This document shows, one piece after another, positions 37,502 to 46,444 of a stretch of 64,000 nucleotides of DNA. Position 1 is the first letter of the stretch. Every line of letters starts with the position of its first letter. Made by a program: the position numbers and the translations under genes. The stretch is from contig JBJOMY010000003.1 of assembly GCA_046052125.1 (NCBI GenBank), positions 64,001 through 128,000 of the forward strand. Direction: 5' to 3'. The stretch comes from Cyanobacteriota bacterium. Lineage in GTDB: Bacteria > Cyanobacteriota > Cyanobacteriia > PCC-6307 > Cyanobiaceae. The notes beneath the pieces are model-generated. The model was given only the letters and a program-made list of their open reading frames with translations. It searched no databases and had not been told where the DNA came from.

Positions 37502-37552
37502 GGAGCCTGGAGCGTGGAGCTGCCAGGCGCCGCCCAGGCCCAGGCTGAGAGC

Positions 37553-37583
37553 TTGACCCTGGAGCTACTCCAGCCTTTTTACT
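37553..37583 (+). promoter_or_regulatory. MerR-type promoter/operator for the VKOR gene
   Basis: TTGACC-19 bp-TTTACT with dyad CTGGAG-CTA-CTCCAG. Confidence 0.7.
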
Positions 37584-37610
37584 CATGGCATTGCCCCCAC
37601 GCTCCCGCCA

Positions 37611-38540
37611 GTGACCAGCTCTCTGTTGAGCGAGAAGCTCAGCCATCGCCAGGGATCGAGAACCCGAAATTCCCCATGGCTGCGCTTGGCCATGGCCGTG
37701 CTGGCCACCATCGGGCTCGTGGACACTGGCTCGATCACCCTCAAGCGGTGGGGCCTGATCGGCAGCCTCTCTTGCCCTGGAGGCCTGGATGGCTGCGACA
37801 AGGTTCTCAGCAGTGCCTGGGGCTCAATCTGGGGACAGCCGCTCTCACTGTATGGATCCTTGACCTATGGCCTGGTGATTCTGTTGGCTGTGCTTCCACT
37901 GTTGCCGATCGGGAAAAACAACAGAACGAGCGAGCCGCTGACAGTCACTCTGCTGGTCTTGATCACCACTGGAATGGCCTGCTTCAGCGCGGTGCTGATG
38001 GGAATCATGGCGCTGCAGATCAAGGCATTCTGCGCATTTTGCGTTCTATCCGCTGCTCTCTCCTTTTCTCTCTTTGTTCTCGCCTTGATCATGGCCAGAG
38101 GAGAGGAGCGATCATCCACCGTGTTCCGTGTCGTGATCACGGCTTTGCTCGTCTTGCTTCTGGGCCTGGGCTGGTCGGCCATGGCCGATCAACCATCTAT
38201 CAGTGGCGGTCCAGGCTCAGCTCCAGCTGTCCAGGCGCAAAGCAGCCCCGCCAAGGTCCAATTGGCAGAGCACCTCAGCGCAATTGGCACCAAGCTGTAT
38301 ACCGCCTATTGGTGTCCCCATTGCCGTGATCAAAAAGAGCTCTTTGGCAAGCAAGCAACGGCCAAGATCAGCGTGATTGAGTGCGCTCCCGATGGCCAGA
38401 ACAGCCAGAGCACGCTTTGCGCCCAGAAGGGCGTTCAGGGTTACCCCAGCTGGGAGATCAATGGCACGCTCGATTCTGGCGTGAAATCACTGGATCAGTT
38501 GGCTGATCTCAGTGGCTACAAGGGATCCCGCGCGTTCTGA
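37611..38540 (+). CDS. VKOR fused to a thioredoxin-like domain
   Basis: GCDKVLSSAW, AFCAFCVLS, YWCPHC.DQKELFG, GYPSWEING. Confidence 0.93.
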   Translation: MTSSLLSEKLSHRQGSRTRNSPWLRLAMAVLATIGLVDTGSITLKRWGLIGSLSCPGGLDGCDKVLSSAWGSIWGQPLSLYGSLTYGLVILLAVLPLLPIGKNNRTSEPLTVTLLVLITTGMACFSAVLMGIMALQIKAFCAFCVLSAALSFSLFVLALIMARGEERSSTVFRVVITALLVLLLGLGWSAMADQPSISGGPGSAPAVQAQSSPAKVQLAEHLSAIGTKLYTAYWCPHCRDQKELFGKQATAKISVIECAPDGQNSQSTLCAQKGVQGYPSWEINGTLDSGVKSLDQLADLSGYKGSRAF

Positions 38541-38641
38541 CCAAGCTGCTGTTTGTTGTCCAGAGCGGTCGTCAGGTCAGCAATACCCAACCAGGTTCAC
38601 AGCCTTGATCGCCTTAACGTCCAGCTCCTCGGCATTGCCCC

Positions 38642-39952
38642 ATGCCTGATGCACCACTCGGCAACTCCGCCCCCGTCACCCCTCGGGTCGTGGACGTTCC
38701 GGCCGGTTTAGGCACGCTGCGCACCTTTCTACGGGTACTGGGCCCCGGCTACCTGGTGGCCGTGGGCTATATGGATCCGGGCAACTGGGCCACCGATCTG
38801 GCGGCAGGCTCCCAGTTCGGGTACCGCCTGCTGTGGGTGATCGGACTCTCCAGCCTGATGGCGATGGTGCTCCAGTCGCTGTGCTGCCGCTTGGGCATCG
38901 CCACACGGATGGACCTGGCCGAGGCCTGCAGCCGTTTGCTGCCGCGGTCCTGGCGGATCCCCCTCTGGCTTCTGGCCGAGATGGCGATCATCGCCTGCGA
39001 CCTGGCCGAGCTGGTGGGCAGCGCCATCGCCTTGCAGCTCCTTTTCGGCCTGCCCCTGCCCTGGGGGGTGGGCCTCACGGCGGCCGACACCCTGCTGCTT
39101 CTGGCGTTGCAGCGTTTCGGTGTCCGACGCCTCGAGGCGCTTGTGATCGCCTTGGTGGCCCTGGTGGGCGGTTGCTTCGCCGTGGAGATGTTTCTGCTGC
39201 AGCCGGATTTGGGCCAGGTGGGCCAGGGATTCCTTCCCCAATCCTCCAGCCTCAGAGACGGCACGCAACTCTTTCTGGCAGCCGGCATTCTTGGCGCCAC
39301 GGTGATGCCCCACAACCTCTATCTCCATTCCTCCCTGGTGCAGACCCGCCACTGGAGCGCGGCGGCGGGGGAAACGCGCAGGGCCCTGGCCTTCAGCACC
39401 TGGGACACGCTGATCGCCCTCAGCCTGGCCCTCCTGATCAATGTCTCGATCCTGGTGCTGGCCGCCGGCAGCTTCTACGGACGACTGCCACAGCCGGTCA
39501 CGGACCTCAGCGAGGCCTATCGGCTGCTGACGCCGATGCTGGGCACCTCTCTGGCCAGCGTGCTGTTTGGGGTGGCGCTGCTGGCGGCGGGCCAGAGCTC
39601 AACGCTCACCGCCACCATGGCCGGCCAGATCGTGATGGAGGGGTTCCTGCAGATCCGTCTGCCGGACTGGAAGCGGCGGCTGCTCACCCGCGGCCTCGCC
39701 CTGATCCCGGCGATGGCCACGGTGATCCTGTTCGGTGAGCGGGCCACCACCAACCTGCTGGTGCTGAGTCAGGTGGTGCTGTCCCTGCAGTTGCCGTTCG
39801 CGGTGATCCCGCTGGTGTGGTTCTGCGGGCGGCACGGCCTGATGGGCGAGCTCCGATCACCGCTCTGGCTGCAGGTCGCGGGCTGGCTGTGCGCCAGTGT
39901 GATTGTGTCGATCAACCTCTCGTTGCTGAGTTCGGTGCTGCGTGGCGGCTGA
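38642..39952 (+). CDS. mntH: Nramp family divalent metal transporter
   Basis: YMDPGNWATD, GATVMPHNLYLHS, GQIVMEGF. Confidence 0.95.
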   Translation: MPDAPLGNSAPVTPRVVDVPAGLGTLRTFLRVLGPGYLVAVGYMDPGNWATDLAAGSQFGYRLLWVIGLSSLMAMVLQSLCCRLGIATRMDLAEACSRLLPRSWRIPLWLLAEMAIIACDLAELVGSAIALQLLFGLPLPWGVGLTAADTLLLLALQRFGVRRLEALVIALVALVGGCFAVEMFLLQPDLGQVGQGFLPQSSSLRDGTQLFLAAGILGATVMPHNLYLHSSLVQTRHWSAAAGETRRALAFSTWDTLIALSLALLINVSILVLAAGSFYGRLPQPVTDLSEAYRLLTPMLGTSLASVLFGVALLAAGQSSTLTATMAGQIVMEGFLQIRLPDWKRRLLTRGLALIPAMATVILFGERATTNLLVLSQVVLSLQLPFAVIPLVWFCGRHGLMGELRSPLWLQVAGWLCASVIVSINLSLLSSVLRGG

Positions 39953-40091
39953 ACGGTCGGCAATGCAGCTTCTCCGTCGCCGCATGACGAGCAAACAATC
40001 CCTGAGGCACGACCGACGCAATCAAGGACCCTGAGTCGTTGAGCCGGTATCGGAGGCACCATGCCCGTCCAGCGGCTGGAGGCCTGGAGTC

Positions 40092-41438
40092 TCAGCCCAC
40101 CGCCAGCTGCAGCACCCCGCGCCCCAGTCCCACCAGGGCGGCGAGACCGATCAGGGGCAGGACGCCCCAGCGGAAGCGCAGCAGCAGGGTCAGCGCCAGG
40201 GCGGCCAGCAGGAGCGCCAGGGCATCGAGCTCGCCAGCTGGCCACAGCACAGGCCCGGCGAAGAACACCGCCAGGCTCACGATCACGCCCACCACCGCTG
40301 CGGTGATCGCCGTGAGCGGGGCGCCGAGGCGCAGATCGTCGCGGGTCGCCTCCACCAGCGGAGCGCCGCAGAGGATGAACCCGAAGGTGGGAAGGAACGT
40401 GAACCAGATCGTCACCAGAGCAGCCGCTGCTGCCCCGATCCAGGTGCCAGGGGGGCCGAACACCCCGCCGTTCCAGCCGCCCATGAAGCCCACGAAGGCC
40501 AGCACCATGATCAACGGCCCAGGTGTGGTTTCCCCGAGGGCCAGGCCATCCACGACCTGGGCAGCGCTGAGCCAGCCGAACTGTTCCACCGAAGCCTGGG
40601 CCACGTAGGGCAGCACCGCGTAGGCACCGCCGAAGCTCACCAGCGCCACCCGGCTGAAGAAGCGCCCCATGGTGGGCAGGAGACCCTGCTCGCCGAAGCC
40701 GGCGCTGAGCAGGGCCAGGGGCACCAGGGTGGCCAGCCCCCAGACGAGCAACATCAGCGCGAGGCGCCGGTGCGAGGGCCGGGCATGGGGCGGGATGGGG
40801 GTGTCGTCGCCATGGATGGCGGGCGGCTCGGCAGCGGCCTTGGCCGCCTGGCCTTGGCGGGATTCGGCCCTGGGCTTCTGCACCCACTGAGGTTTCCAGC
40901 GTCCGGCGCCCCAACCCAGCAGCGCCGCCGCTGCCACGATGAGCGGGTAGGGCAGCTTGAGCAAGGCCAGGGCCACGAAGGCCGCAGCGGCCACCAGCAC
41001 CAGGGCTGGATGGTGCAGGGTGCGGCGGCCGATCCGCAATCCGGCCTGCAGCACGATCGCCAGGACCGCCGGCTTGAGCGCCCAGAACACGGCAGCCAAT
41101 AGGGGCAGCTGGGCTCCGACCGCGTAGAGCGTGGAGAGGCAAAGCAGCACCAGCACCGATGGCGCCAGGAACAGACCACCGGCGATGAGACTCCCGGGGA
41201 TGCCATGCATCAGCCAGCCGAGATAGGTCGCCAGCTGCATCGCCTCCGGCCCGGGCAGCAGCATGCAGTAGTTGAGGGCATGCAGGTAGCGCCGCTCTGA
41301 GAGCCAGCGCCGCTGGTCGACCAGCTCACGGTGCAGCAGGGAGATCTGGCCGGCCGGCCCACCGAAGCTCACCCAGCCGAGCTGGAACCAGAAACGGGAG
41401 GCCTCCGCCAGGGCCACGGCGGAGGGTGGTGGTGTCAT
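40092..41438 (-). CDS. chrA: Chromate efflux transporter
   Basis: SFGGPAGQI, LPGPEA, SFGGAYAVL, ETTPGP. Confidence 0.95.
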   Translation of the reverse strand: MTPPPSAVALAEASRFWFQLGWVSFGGPAGQISLLHRELVDQRRWLSERRYLHALNYCMLLPGPEAMQLATYLGWLMHGIPGSLIAGGLFLAPSVLVLLCLSTLYAVGAQLPLLAAVFWALKPAVLAIVLQAGLRIGRRTLHHPALVLVAAAAFVALALLKLPYPLIVAAAALLGWGAGRWKPQWVQKPRAESRQGQAAKAAAEPPAIHGDDTPIPPHARPSHRRLALMLLVWGLATLVPLALLSAGFGEQGLLPTMGRFFSRVALVSFGGAYAVLPYVAQASVEQFGWLSAAQVVDGLALGETTPGPLIMVLAFVGFMGGWNGGVFGPPGTWIGAAAAALVTIWFTFLPTFGFILCGAPLVEATRDDLRLGAPLTAITAAVVGVIVSLAVFFAGPVLWPAGELDALALLLAALALTLLLRFRWGVLPLIGLAALVGLGRGVLQLAVG

Positions 41439-41519
41439 GAGTTCTCTTACGGGCCTGGCATCAGGGCCCATCTTGCGGGGAACCGCACCCCGGCGGGGTG
41501 AATGCGAGCACAACCGCTC

Positions 41520-41550
41520 TTGACTCTCCAGTAGCTGCAGACCTCAGGCT
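41520..41550 (+). promoter_or_regulatory. MerR-type promoter for the glutaredoxin-MauE gene
   Basis: TTGACT-19 bp-CAGGCT with dyad TCTCCAG-TAG-CTGCAGA. Confidence 0.65.
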
Positions 41551-41577
41551 GGAGGGATCCTGTCCTCCCCGTCGTCC

Positions 41578-42303
41578 ATGGCCGCCACCAGCCTCCATGC
41601 CGTCCGCCTGTACCGGATGGATCTGCCGGACCACCCTTGTCCCTGGGGCCTGCGGGCCGTGCGCCTCTTGCAGGAGCGGCACATTCCCTTTGAGGACCAT
41701 CGCCTCACCAGCACTGAGGCGGTGGACTCCTTCAAAGCGGCCCAGGGGGTGGCGACCACGCCCCAGATCTTTGCCGGCCCTGAGCGGATTGGCGGGTACA
41801 CCGAGCTGGCCGCACGGCTCGGCGTCCGGCCGGAAACGGCCGTGATCTCCTACACGCCGGTGGTGGCGGTGTTCAGCACTGCGGCCCTGATGGCGCTGGC
41901 GCTGAGCGCCGGGGTGAGCGGCTTCATGGGGTTCGCCATCTGCCTGCTGGCCATGCTCAAGCTGATGGATGTGGACGCGTTTGCGGCCAGCTTCCGCAAG
42001 TACGACCTGCTCAGCCAGCGTTGGCGGCCCTGGGGTCGCCTCTACCCAGGTATTGAGCTGCTGGTGGGCCTCGGCGTGTTGCTCCAACCCGAGCCCGCCG
42101 CCGCTTCCCAGCTGGTGGGCGCCGTAGCTGTGTGGCTTGGGGCGATGGGGATGGTGTCGGTGGGCAAGGCGGTGTTCAGCGATCACTTGGCGCTCAACTG
42201 CGCCTGTGTGGGCGGCAACTCAAAAACACCCCTTGGGGTGGTGAGTTTCGCCGAGAACCTGATCATGGCCGCCATGGGGGCCGTGATGCTCGCCGGCCGC
42301 TGA
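41578..42303 (+). CDS. Glutaredoxin-like domain fused to a MauE/DoxX membrane domain
   Basis: CPWG, TTPQIF...IGGY, LNCACVGG...PLG. Confidence 0.88.
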   Translation: MAATSLHAVRLYRMDLPDHPCPWGLRAVRLLQERHIPFEDHRLTSTEAVDSFKAAQGVATTPQIFAGPERIGGYTELAARLGVRPETAVISYTPVVAVFSTAALMALALSAGVSGFMGFAICLLAMLKLMDVDAFAASFRKYDLLSQRWRPWGRLYPGIELLVGLGVLLQPEPAAASQLVGAVAVWLGAMGMVSVGKAVFSDHLALNCACVGGNSKTPLGVVSFAENLIMAAMGAVMLAGR

Positions 42304-42310
42304 GCGGCGA

Positions 42311-42595
42311 TCAGGCTCGGGTCCGGCTGCTGGAGAGGAGCATGGCAGTCCCGGAAACAATCACCACCAGGGTGAGGACACCCAGGAGCAACGAGTAATA
42401 CGGCTGCAGGTTGATCGGCCCAAACCGGCCGGTGTGGATCTTGACCAGCCAGAAGGCATCGATTCCCTGCTCCAGCAACAGGCTGTAAAGCGAGCCACTG
42501 GCCGCCGTGAGCAGCAGGGGGGCAGCCGCCAGGGGCACCACTACTCGGTGGGCGCGGCGGAACCTGGCGTTGAGGGCGCGCGGCATCGGCATCAT
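42311..42595 (-). CDS. PepSY-associated TM-like small membrane protein
   Basis: RRAHR...PLLLTAASG, IHTG.FG. Confidence 0.7.
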   Translation of the reverse strand: MMPMPRALNARFRRAHRVVVPLAAAPLLLTAASGSLYSLLLEQGIDAFWLVKIHTGRFGPINLQPYYSLLLGVLTLVVIVSGTAMLLSSSRTRA

Positions 42596-42846
42596 TCCTG
42601 CCGCAGCTCCTTGTGCAGCATCGCCTCACCGCTGCAGGGCATCCACAGTCCGTTGGTCTGGTGTGTGCCTTTGCAGCCGAGCTCCTTGGCCCGCTGCTCC
42701 GCTTCTGCCTGGGTCTTGTACATGCCCTTGGCATGGGCCAGGGCCTGGTTGGGCAGCTGCAGAACAGACAACAGTGCCAAGGCACCAACCGCGAAATGTT
42801 GCTTGCGGATCCAATGGATCCGAACCTGTGAGAACAGGTAGGCCAT
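42592..42846 (-). CDS. DUF3721-like small protein
   Basis: Y.TQAEAE.RAKELGCKGTHQ.NGLWMPC; start uncertain. Confidence 0.75.
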   Translation of the reverse strand: MAYLFSQVRIHWIRKQHFAVGALALLSVLQLPNQALAHAKGMYKTQAEAEQRAKELGCKGTHQTNGLWMPCSGEAMLHKELRQE

Positions 42847-42877
42847 CTGGAGAGGATTGACAGGACGCGGGTGGTGA

Positions 42878-43591
42878 TCAGAAGGAGAAAAGTGCATCGA
42901 ACTGGTAGTACTCAGGCTTGTCGAGCCCGTCATGCCTGAGCATGCGGCGCAGCTGGAGAATCTCGCGGCGTTGGGCGACGATGATCTGTCGCGCCAGGCG
43001 TTGGATGGTGGGGTTGCTGCTCTTCTTGAGCGCATCGTGAGCCATCACCAGCGCACCGCCGTGATGGGCGATCATCCCTTCCAGAAACCAGGTGACGCGG
43101 TTGTCCTTTGTTGGCGTGGAGCCCGTCATCTGCATCGCCTGAATCTGGGCAGCACTCATGCGCTCAAGGCTTCCCATGCTGTTGGGATCCCCACCGGCCT
43201 TCAGGGCCACGGGATAGACGGGGGCCTCGGGATACCAGGCCTTACGCCATTGCCCCATCGCCTTGACCTCCTGGGCCTGATCCCGCCAGATGTCCTTCCC
43301 CAGCGAGCCCACACCGGGCACACCGATGTCGAAGACAAACTCACTCATCCGCAGCGCGCCGGTGTGGTGCTGGACCATCGCATCGAGCCAGCGCAGGTCA
43401 TAGGTGCTTCCCGCTGGGCCCACGTCATGGTTGTGGGCGCTGTGATCCATGGGTGTGGCAGCCGGCGCTGATCCCGGCGCGGGAGCCGGAACAGCCATCT
43501 GATGGTGTTGATGGGGATCCATCTGGGCCAGGGCCGGAGCTGTAGCCCCAAGCAGGCCCAGCAGGGCAGTGGAGACGGCGGCGAGTCGCAT
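42878..43591 (-). CDS. DUF305 (CopM-like) exported metal-binding protein
   Basis: His/Met-rich N-terminus; two MxxHHxGAxxM repeats. Confidence 0.9.
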   Translation of the reverse strand: MRLAAVSTALLGLLGATAPALAQMDPHQHHQMAVPAPAPGSAPAATPMDHSAHNHDVGPAGSTYDLRWLDAMVQHHTGALRMSEFVFDIGVPGVGSLGKDIWRDQAQEVKAMGQWRKAWYPEAPVYPVALKAGGDPNSMGSLERMSAAQIQAMQMTGSTPTKDNRVTWFLEGMIAHHGGALVMAHDALKKSSNPTIQRLARQIIVAQRREILQLRRMLRHDGLDKPEYYQFDALFSF

Positions 43592-43620
43592 GAAAACAGC
43601 AGGGGAAACGTCCAGCATTT

Positions 43621-43651
43621 AGCCTGCACCCTCCAGCGGGGGGAGAGTCAA
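43621..43651 (-). promoter_or_regulatory. MerR-type promoter for the DUF305 operon
   Basis: TTGACT-19 bp-CAGGCT with dyad CTCTCC...GGAGGG, abutting the divergent MerR gene. Confidence 0.7.
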
Positions 43652-44062
43652 GTGGCTGCGCGACATCCAGCGGGCCTGCTGCCCGGGGCGCTCGAAAAGA
43701 TCGGCGCGGTGGCCAGCCGCTCGGGCCTGACGGTCAAAACCATTCGCTTCTACTGCGACGAGGGCTTGATTCAGCCGAGCAGCCGCAGCGAGGGCGGCTA
43801 CCGCCTGTTTGATGAGGGCGTCTTCGCTGAACTCGCCCTGATCCGCACCCTGCGGGCGATGGAGATCTCACTGCCGGATGTGCGCCGGATCCTCGAGGCG
43901 CGGCGTTCAGGCATCTGCACCTGCAGTGATCTGAAGGCACGGATCCGCAGCAAGGCCGGCGAGATCGGCGAGAAGATCGTCGCGATGCAGAACCTCCAAT
44001 CTGAACTGTTTGGCCTGCTCAACAGCTGGGAAGCCTGCGGCGGCAAAACTCCAGGTTCATGA
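43652..44062 (+). CDS. MerR-family heavy-metal regulator
   Basis: KIGAVA.RSGLTVKTIRFY, RSEGGYRLF, GICTC, C-terminal ACGG. Confidence 0.9.
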   Translation: MAARHPAGLLPGALEKIGAVASRSGLTVKTIRFYCDEGLIQPSSRSEGGYRLFDEGVFAELALIRTLRAMEISLPDVRRILEARRSGICTCSDLKARIRSKAGEIGEKIVAMQNLQSELFGLLNSWEACGGKTPGS

Positions 44063-44087
44063 CCGTGATGAGGCGCTGTGCTGGCGC

Positions 44088-44291
44088 TCAGTGTTCGCGG
44101 GGGGCCAACTGGCGCACTGACTCCCCAACTGGATGGATTGTTTCCAGCTGCAGGGTGCTCTTCCGAACCCCCAGCCGTGCCAACTGCTGCTGCGCCAGGA
44201 TCAGCAGTTGATCACGACTGAGCCCTTCCGCCGTCAGTTGCTGAGGATTGATAACCACGTGGGCGGTGAGTGCGGCGCGCGAGGTGCCCAA
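44088..44291 (-). pseudogene. C-terminal remnant of a CDF (CzcD-like) cation efflux transporter
   Basis: LGTSRAALTAHVV...LARLGVRKSTLQLE with no upstream TM domain. Confidence 0.65.
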
Positions 44292-44401
44292 CCGAACAGT
44301 CCCAAGCAACCGGGCGCGACGATGTTGGGGATCTCGTCGCGCAGCTGCATCAGCCAGCGGCCATCCTGCTGCAGCATGGCCAGGGCGATTTCAACGGCCA
44401 T
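44281..44401 (-). pseudogene. N-terminal remnant of a NUDIX hydrolase
   Basis: MAVEIALAMLQQDGRWLMQLRDEIPNIVAPGCLGLFG, breaking just at the start of the Nudix box. Confidence 0.7.
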
Positions 44402-44410
44402 GGCTCGGGC

Positions 44411-44653
44411 TCAGGCTGCGGCCGGCCGGCGCCGCTGCGTGGCATAGACCGCTGCTCCACCAGCCGCCAGCACCAAGCCACCGCTGATGGCCAGGAACAC
44501 CAGGGTCTGCAGCAACAGCAGCAAGATCCCCAAGGCCGAGCCGGCCGCGATCTGCACCCTGGCCTTGATCAGCAGGGTGAGCAGCAGCAGCACGGTGGCC
44601 TTGAGGGCGAGCACCTTTGCCGTGCTGAACGGACAGAACGGGTTCAGAAGCAC
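44411..44653 (-). CDS. Small hydrophobic membrane protein
   Basis: Leu-rich ORF from GTG 44653 with a basic tail. Confidence 0.45.
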   Translation of the reverse strand: MLLNPFCPFSTAKVLALKATVLLLLTLLIKARVQIAAGSALGILLLLLQTLVFLAISGGLVLAAGGAAVYATQRRRPAAA

Positions 44654-44709
44654 GGGGTGATCACGGGTATCCCCATGCTGGCGGGCCGATCCGGGTGCGG
44701 TGGTTTCAC

Positions 44710-44994
44710 TCAAGCCCTGGGCGGCTGCGGTGGGATCCACTGAGGTGGACAGGCCCGCCAACCGGCCCGGCGCTTCTGGGCCCAAAGCTTCATCGCCTGC
44801 TCCCGCGTCAGCTCCTTGCGGCGTTTCAGCAGGGGTGTCGCCTCCCCGGGAATCAACTCCCCCAGCGTCACCTCCAGGATCTGGCTCCAGCGGTCGTAGC
44901 GGCGCGGCTGGAAATGCAGGACCTGACGGCCATCACTGATCCAGCCCTCCTGCGGGGAGCGCGGCGGCCGGCCGGATCTGCCCGTCACGTTCAT
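44710..44994 (-). CDS. DUF1651-like cyanobacterial protein
   Basis: EGWISDG.QVLHF, PLLKRRKEL....A.KLW......GW..C.PQW. Confidence 0.8.
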   Translation of the reverse strand: MNVTGRSGRPPRSPQEGWISDGRQVLHFQPRRYDRWSQILEVTLGELIPGEATPLLKRRKELTREQAMKLWAQKRRAGWRACPPQWIPPQPPRA

Positions 44995-45001
44995 CGGCCG
45001 A

Positions 45002-45286
45002 TCAAGCCACCTCCGGCGCCCAGCCACGGCTGCGCGTCATGTCATCGGTCCAGCCCTGGCAGCGCCTAGTGAGGTGCTCGCCGTGGGCGATCAGCCCTTG
45101 GTGCAGCTGGCAGGTGAGCACGGGGATGCAGTTCACACCGGCGTGATGCCTGAACCAGTGGCAGGTCATGCAGACCTTGCGGCTGCGGGTCTTGAGCAGC
45201 ACGGCCTCATCGAGGTAATGCCACTCCTCGATAGGGATTTCAAGCCGGGCGGCCAGGACCGCAGGCCGAGGCAAGGGGATGGCCAT
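45002..45286 (-). CDS. Small Cys/His-rich conserved hypothetical protein
   Basis: CMTCHWF...CQLHQ...HGEHL.RRC.GW. Confidence 0.7.
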   Translation of the reverse strand: MAIPLPRPAVLAARLEIPIEEWHYLDEAVLLKTRSRKVCMTCHWFRHHAGVNCIPVLTCQLHQGLIAHGEHLTRRCQGWTDDMTRSRGWAPEVA

Positions 45287-45301
45287 GACTCATTCCAGAT
45301 G

Positions 45302-45315
45302 CGTACATCTGCACT
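45302..45315. promoter_or_regulatory. LexA-box-like site
   Basis: AGTGCAGATGTACG on the minus strand versus the picocyanobacterial-type AGTAC-N4-GTACT; 15 bp upstream of the 45286 start. Confidence 0.55.
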
Positions 45316-45469
45316 AGCACGTCTCCAGTCTTCTGACTGCCGCCGATTTGCTGGGCCGACCTGGCGACGGTTGACCAGCCTGCTAGTTTTCGGACAGCAA
45401 CACCCCCCAGGCCTCTGCCGGCCTCCGGCACGCCCAAACAGGGGGGTCACTCTTCCCAGCGGACGTTTG

Positions 45470-46392
45470 TTGAGGTACTCCAAGCCTCCGCTGAACATTC
45501 CAGATCAGCTGCAGCAGTTACGCGAACGAGACCTGCTTGTTGGGTCAGACGACCTGGCGCTGAATGCTCTCGAACTGATCGGCTACTACCGCTTGAGCGC
45601 GTATTGGCTGTTTTTTGAGGAACCTCCAGCTCCAGGAGAGACCAGAAGCCACCGTTTCAGGCCTGGCACCAGTTTTGAGCAGGTGATTGAGCTCTACAAC
45701 AAGGATCGTCTGATTCGGTTGCTGGTGATTGATGCGATTGAGCGGATCGAAATCGCGGCCAGATCAGCTTGGGTTCAGGAAATGAGCAGGAAGCATGGCC
45801 CCCACTGTTACCTCGATCCACTGCTGTTCCGACCTGACTTCAATCACGGCGAACAGCTCGAGCAATTACGTAGTCAGATTCAGCAGAGCAACGAAACCTT
45901 CGTGATCCATTACCGGCAGACCTATTCAGAGCCCGAGCTGCCCCCAATCTGGGCCATGACGGAGCTGATCTCCCTTGGCACCCTTCGAGCCTGGATTGCC
46001 CCGCTTCAGAACTGGACAGCAAGACCAAGGTGGCACGATCCCTGGGAATGCCATCGGCCCAAGTGCTCAATGGTGTATTGCACTCCCTGAATCTGATCCG
46101 AAATATCAGCGCTCATCACGGCAGGCTCTGGAACCGACTGATTGTGAAGCGGCTCCCAAAGATCAAGAAGCTCCAGCACATCCTTGTGCTGGAGGACGTT
46201 GACGGAGAAGGGGTCCAGCCATCCAAGAATCTGTACAACTACCTTGTCGTGATGGCCATCATTGTGCGCAAGGTTGCGCCTCTCAGCACCTGGCCATCGC
46301 GCATGGCGAAAGTCATTTCACCAATGCCAAGCGAGCAGCAAGAAGCCATGGGCTGCCCTGTGGGCTGGCAAGAGCAACAGATCTGGAGTTGA
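45470..46392 (+). pseudogene. Abi_2 (AbiD/AbiF-like) HEPN protein, frameshifted near 46000
   Basis: YSKPPLNIPDQL, IGYYRLSAYW, IERIEIAARS and PPIWAMTE in one frame; IRNISAHHGRLWNR (HEPN RxxxxH) in the -1 frame. Confidence 0.85.
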
Positions 46393-46444
46393 CCGGTCCC
46401 ATCGACACCCATAGCCCAATGAGGTGGAACCACTTCGGATCCGC

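Noticed and set aside
37585..37614. 9-codon uORF overlapping the VKOR GTG
   Set aside because: Its ATG lies immediately after the predicted -10, probably upstream of the transcription start
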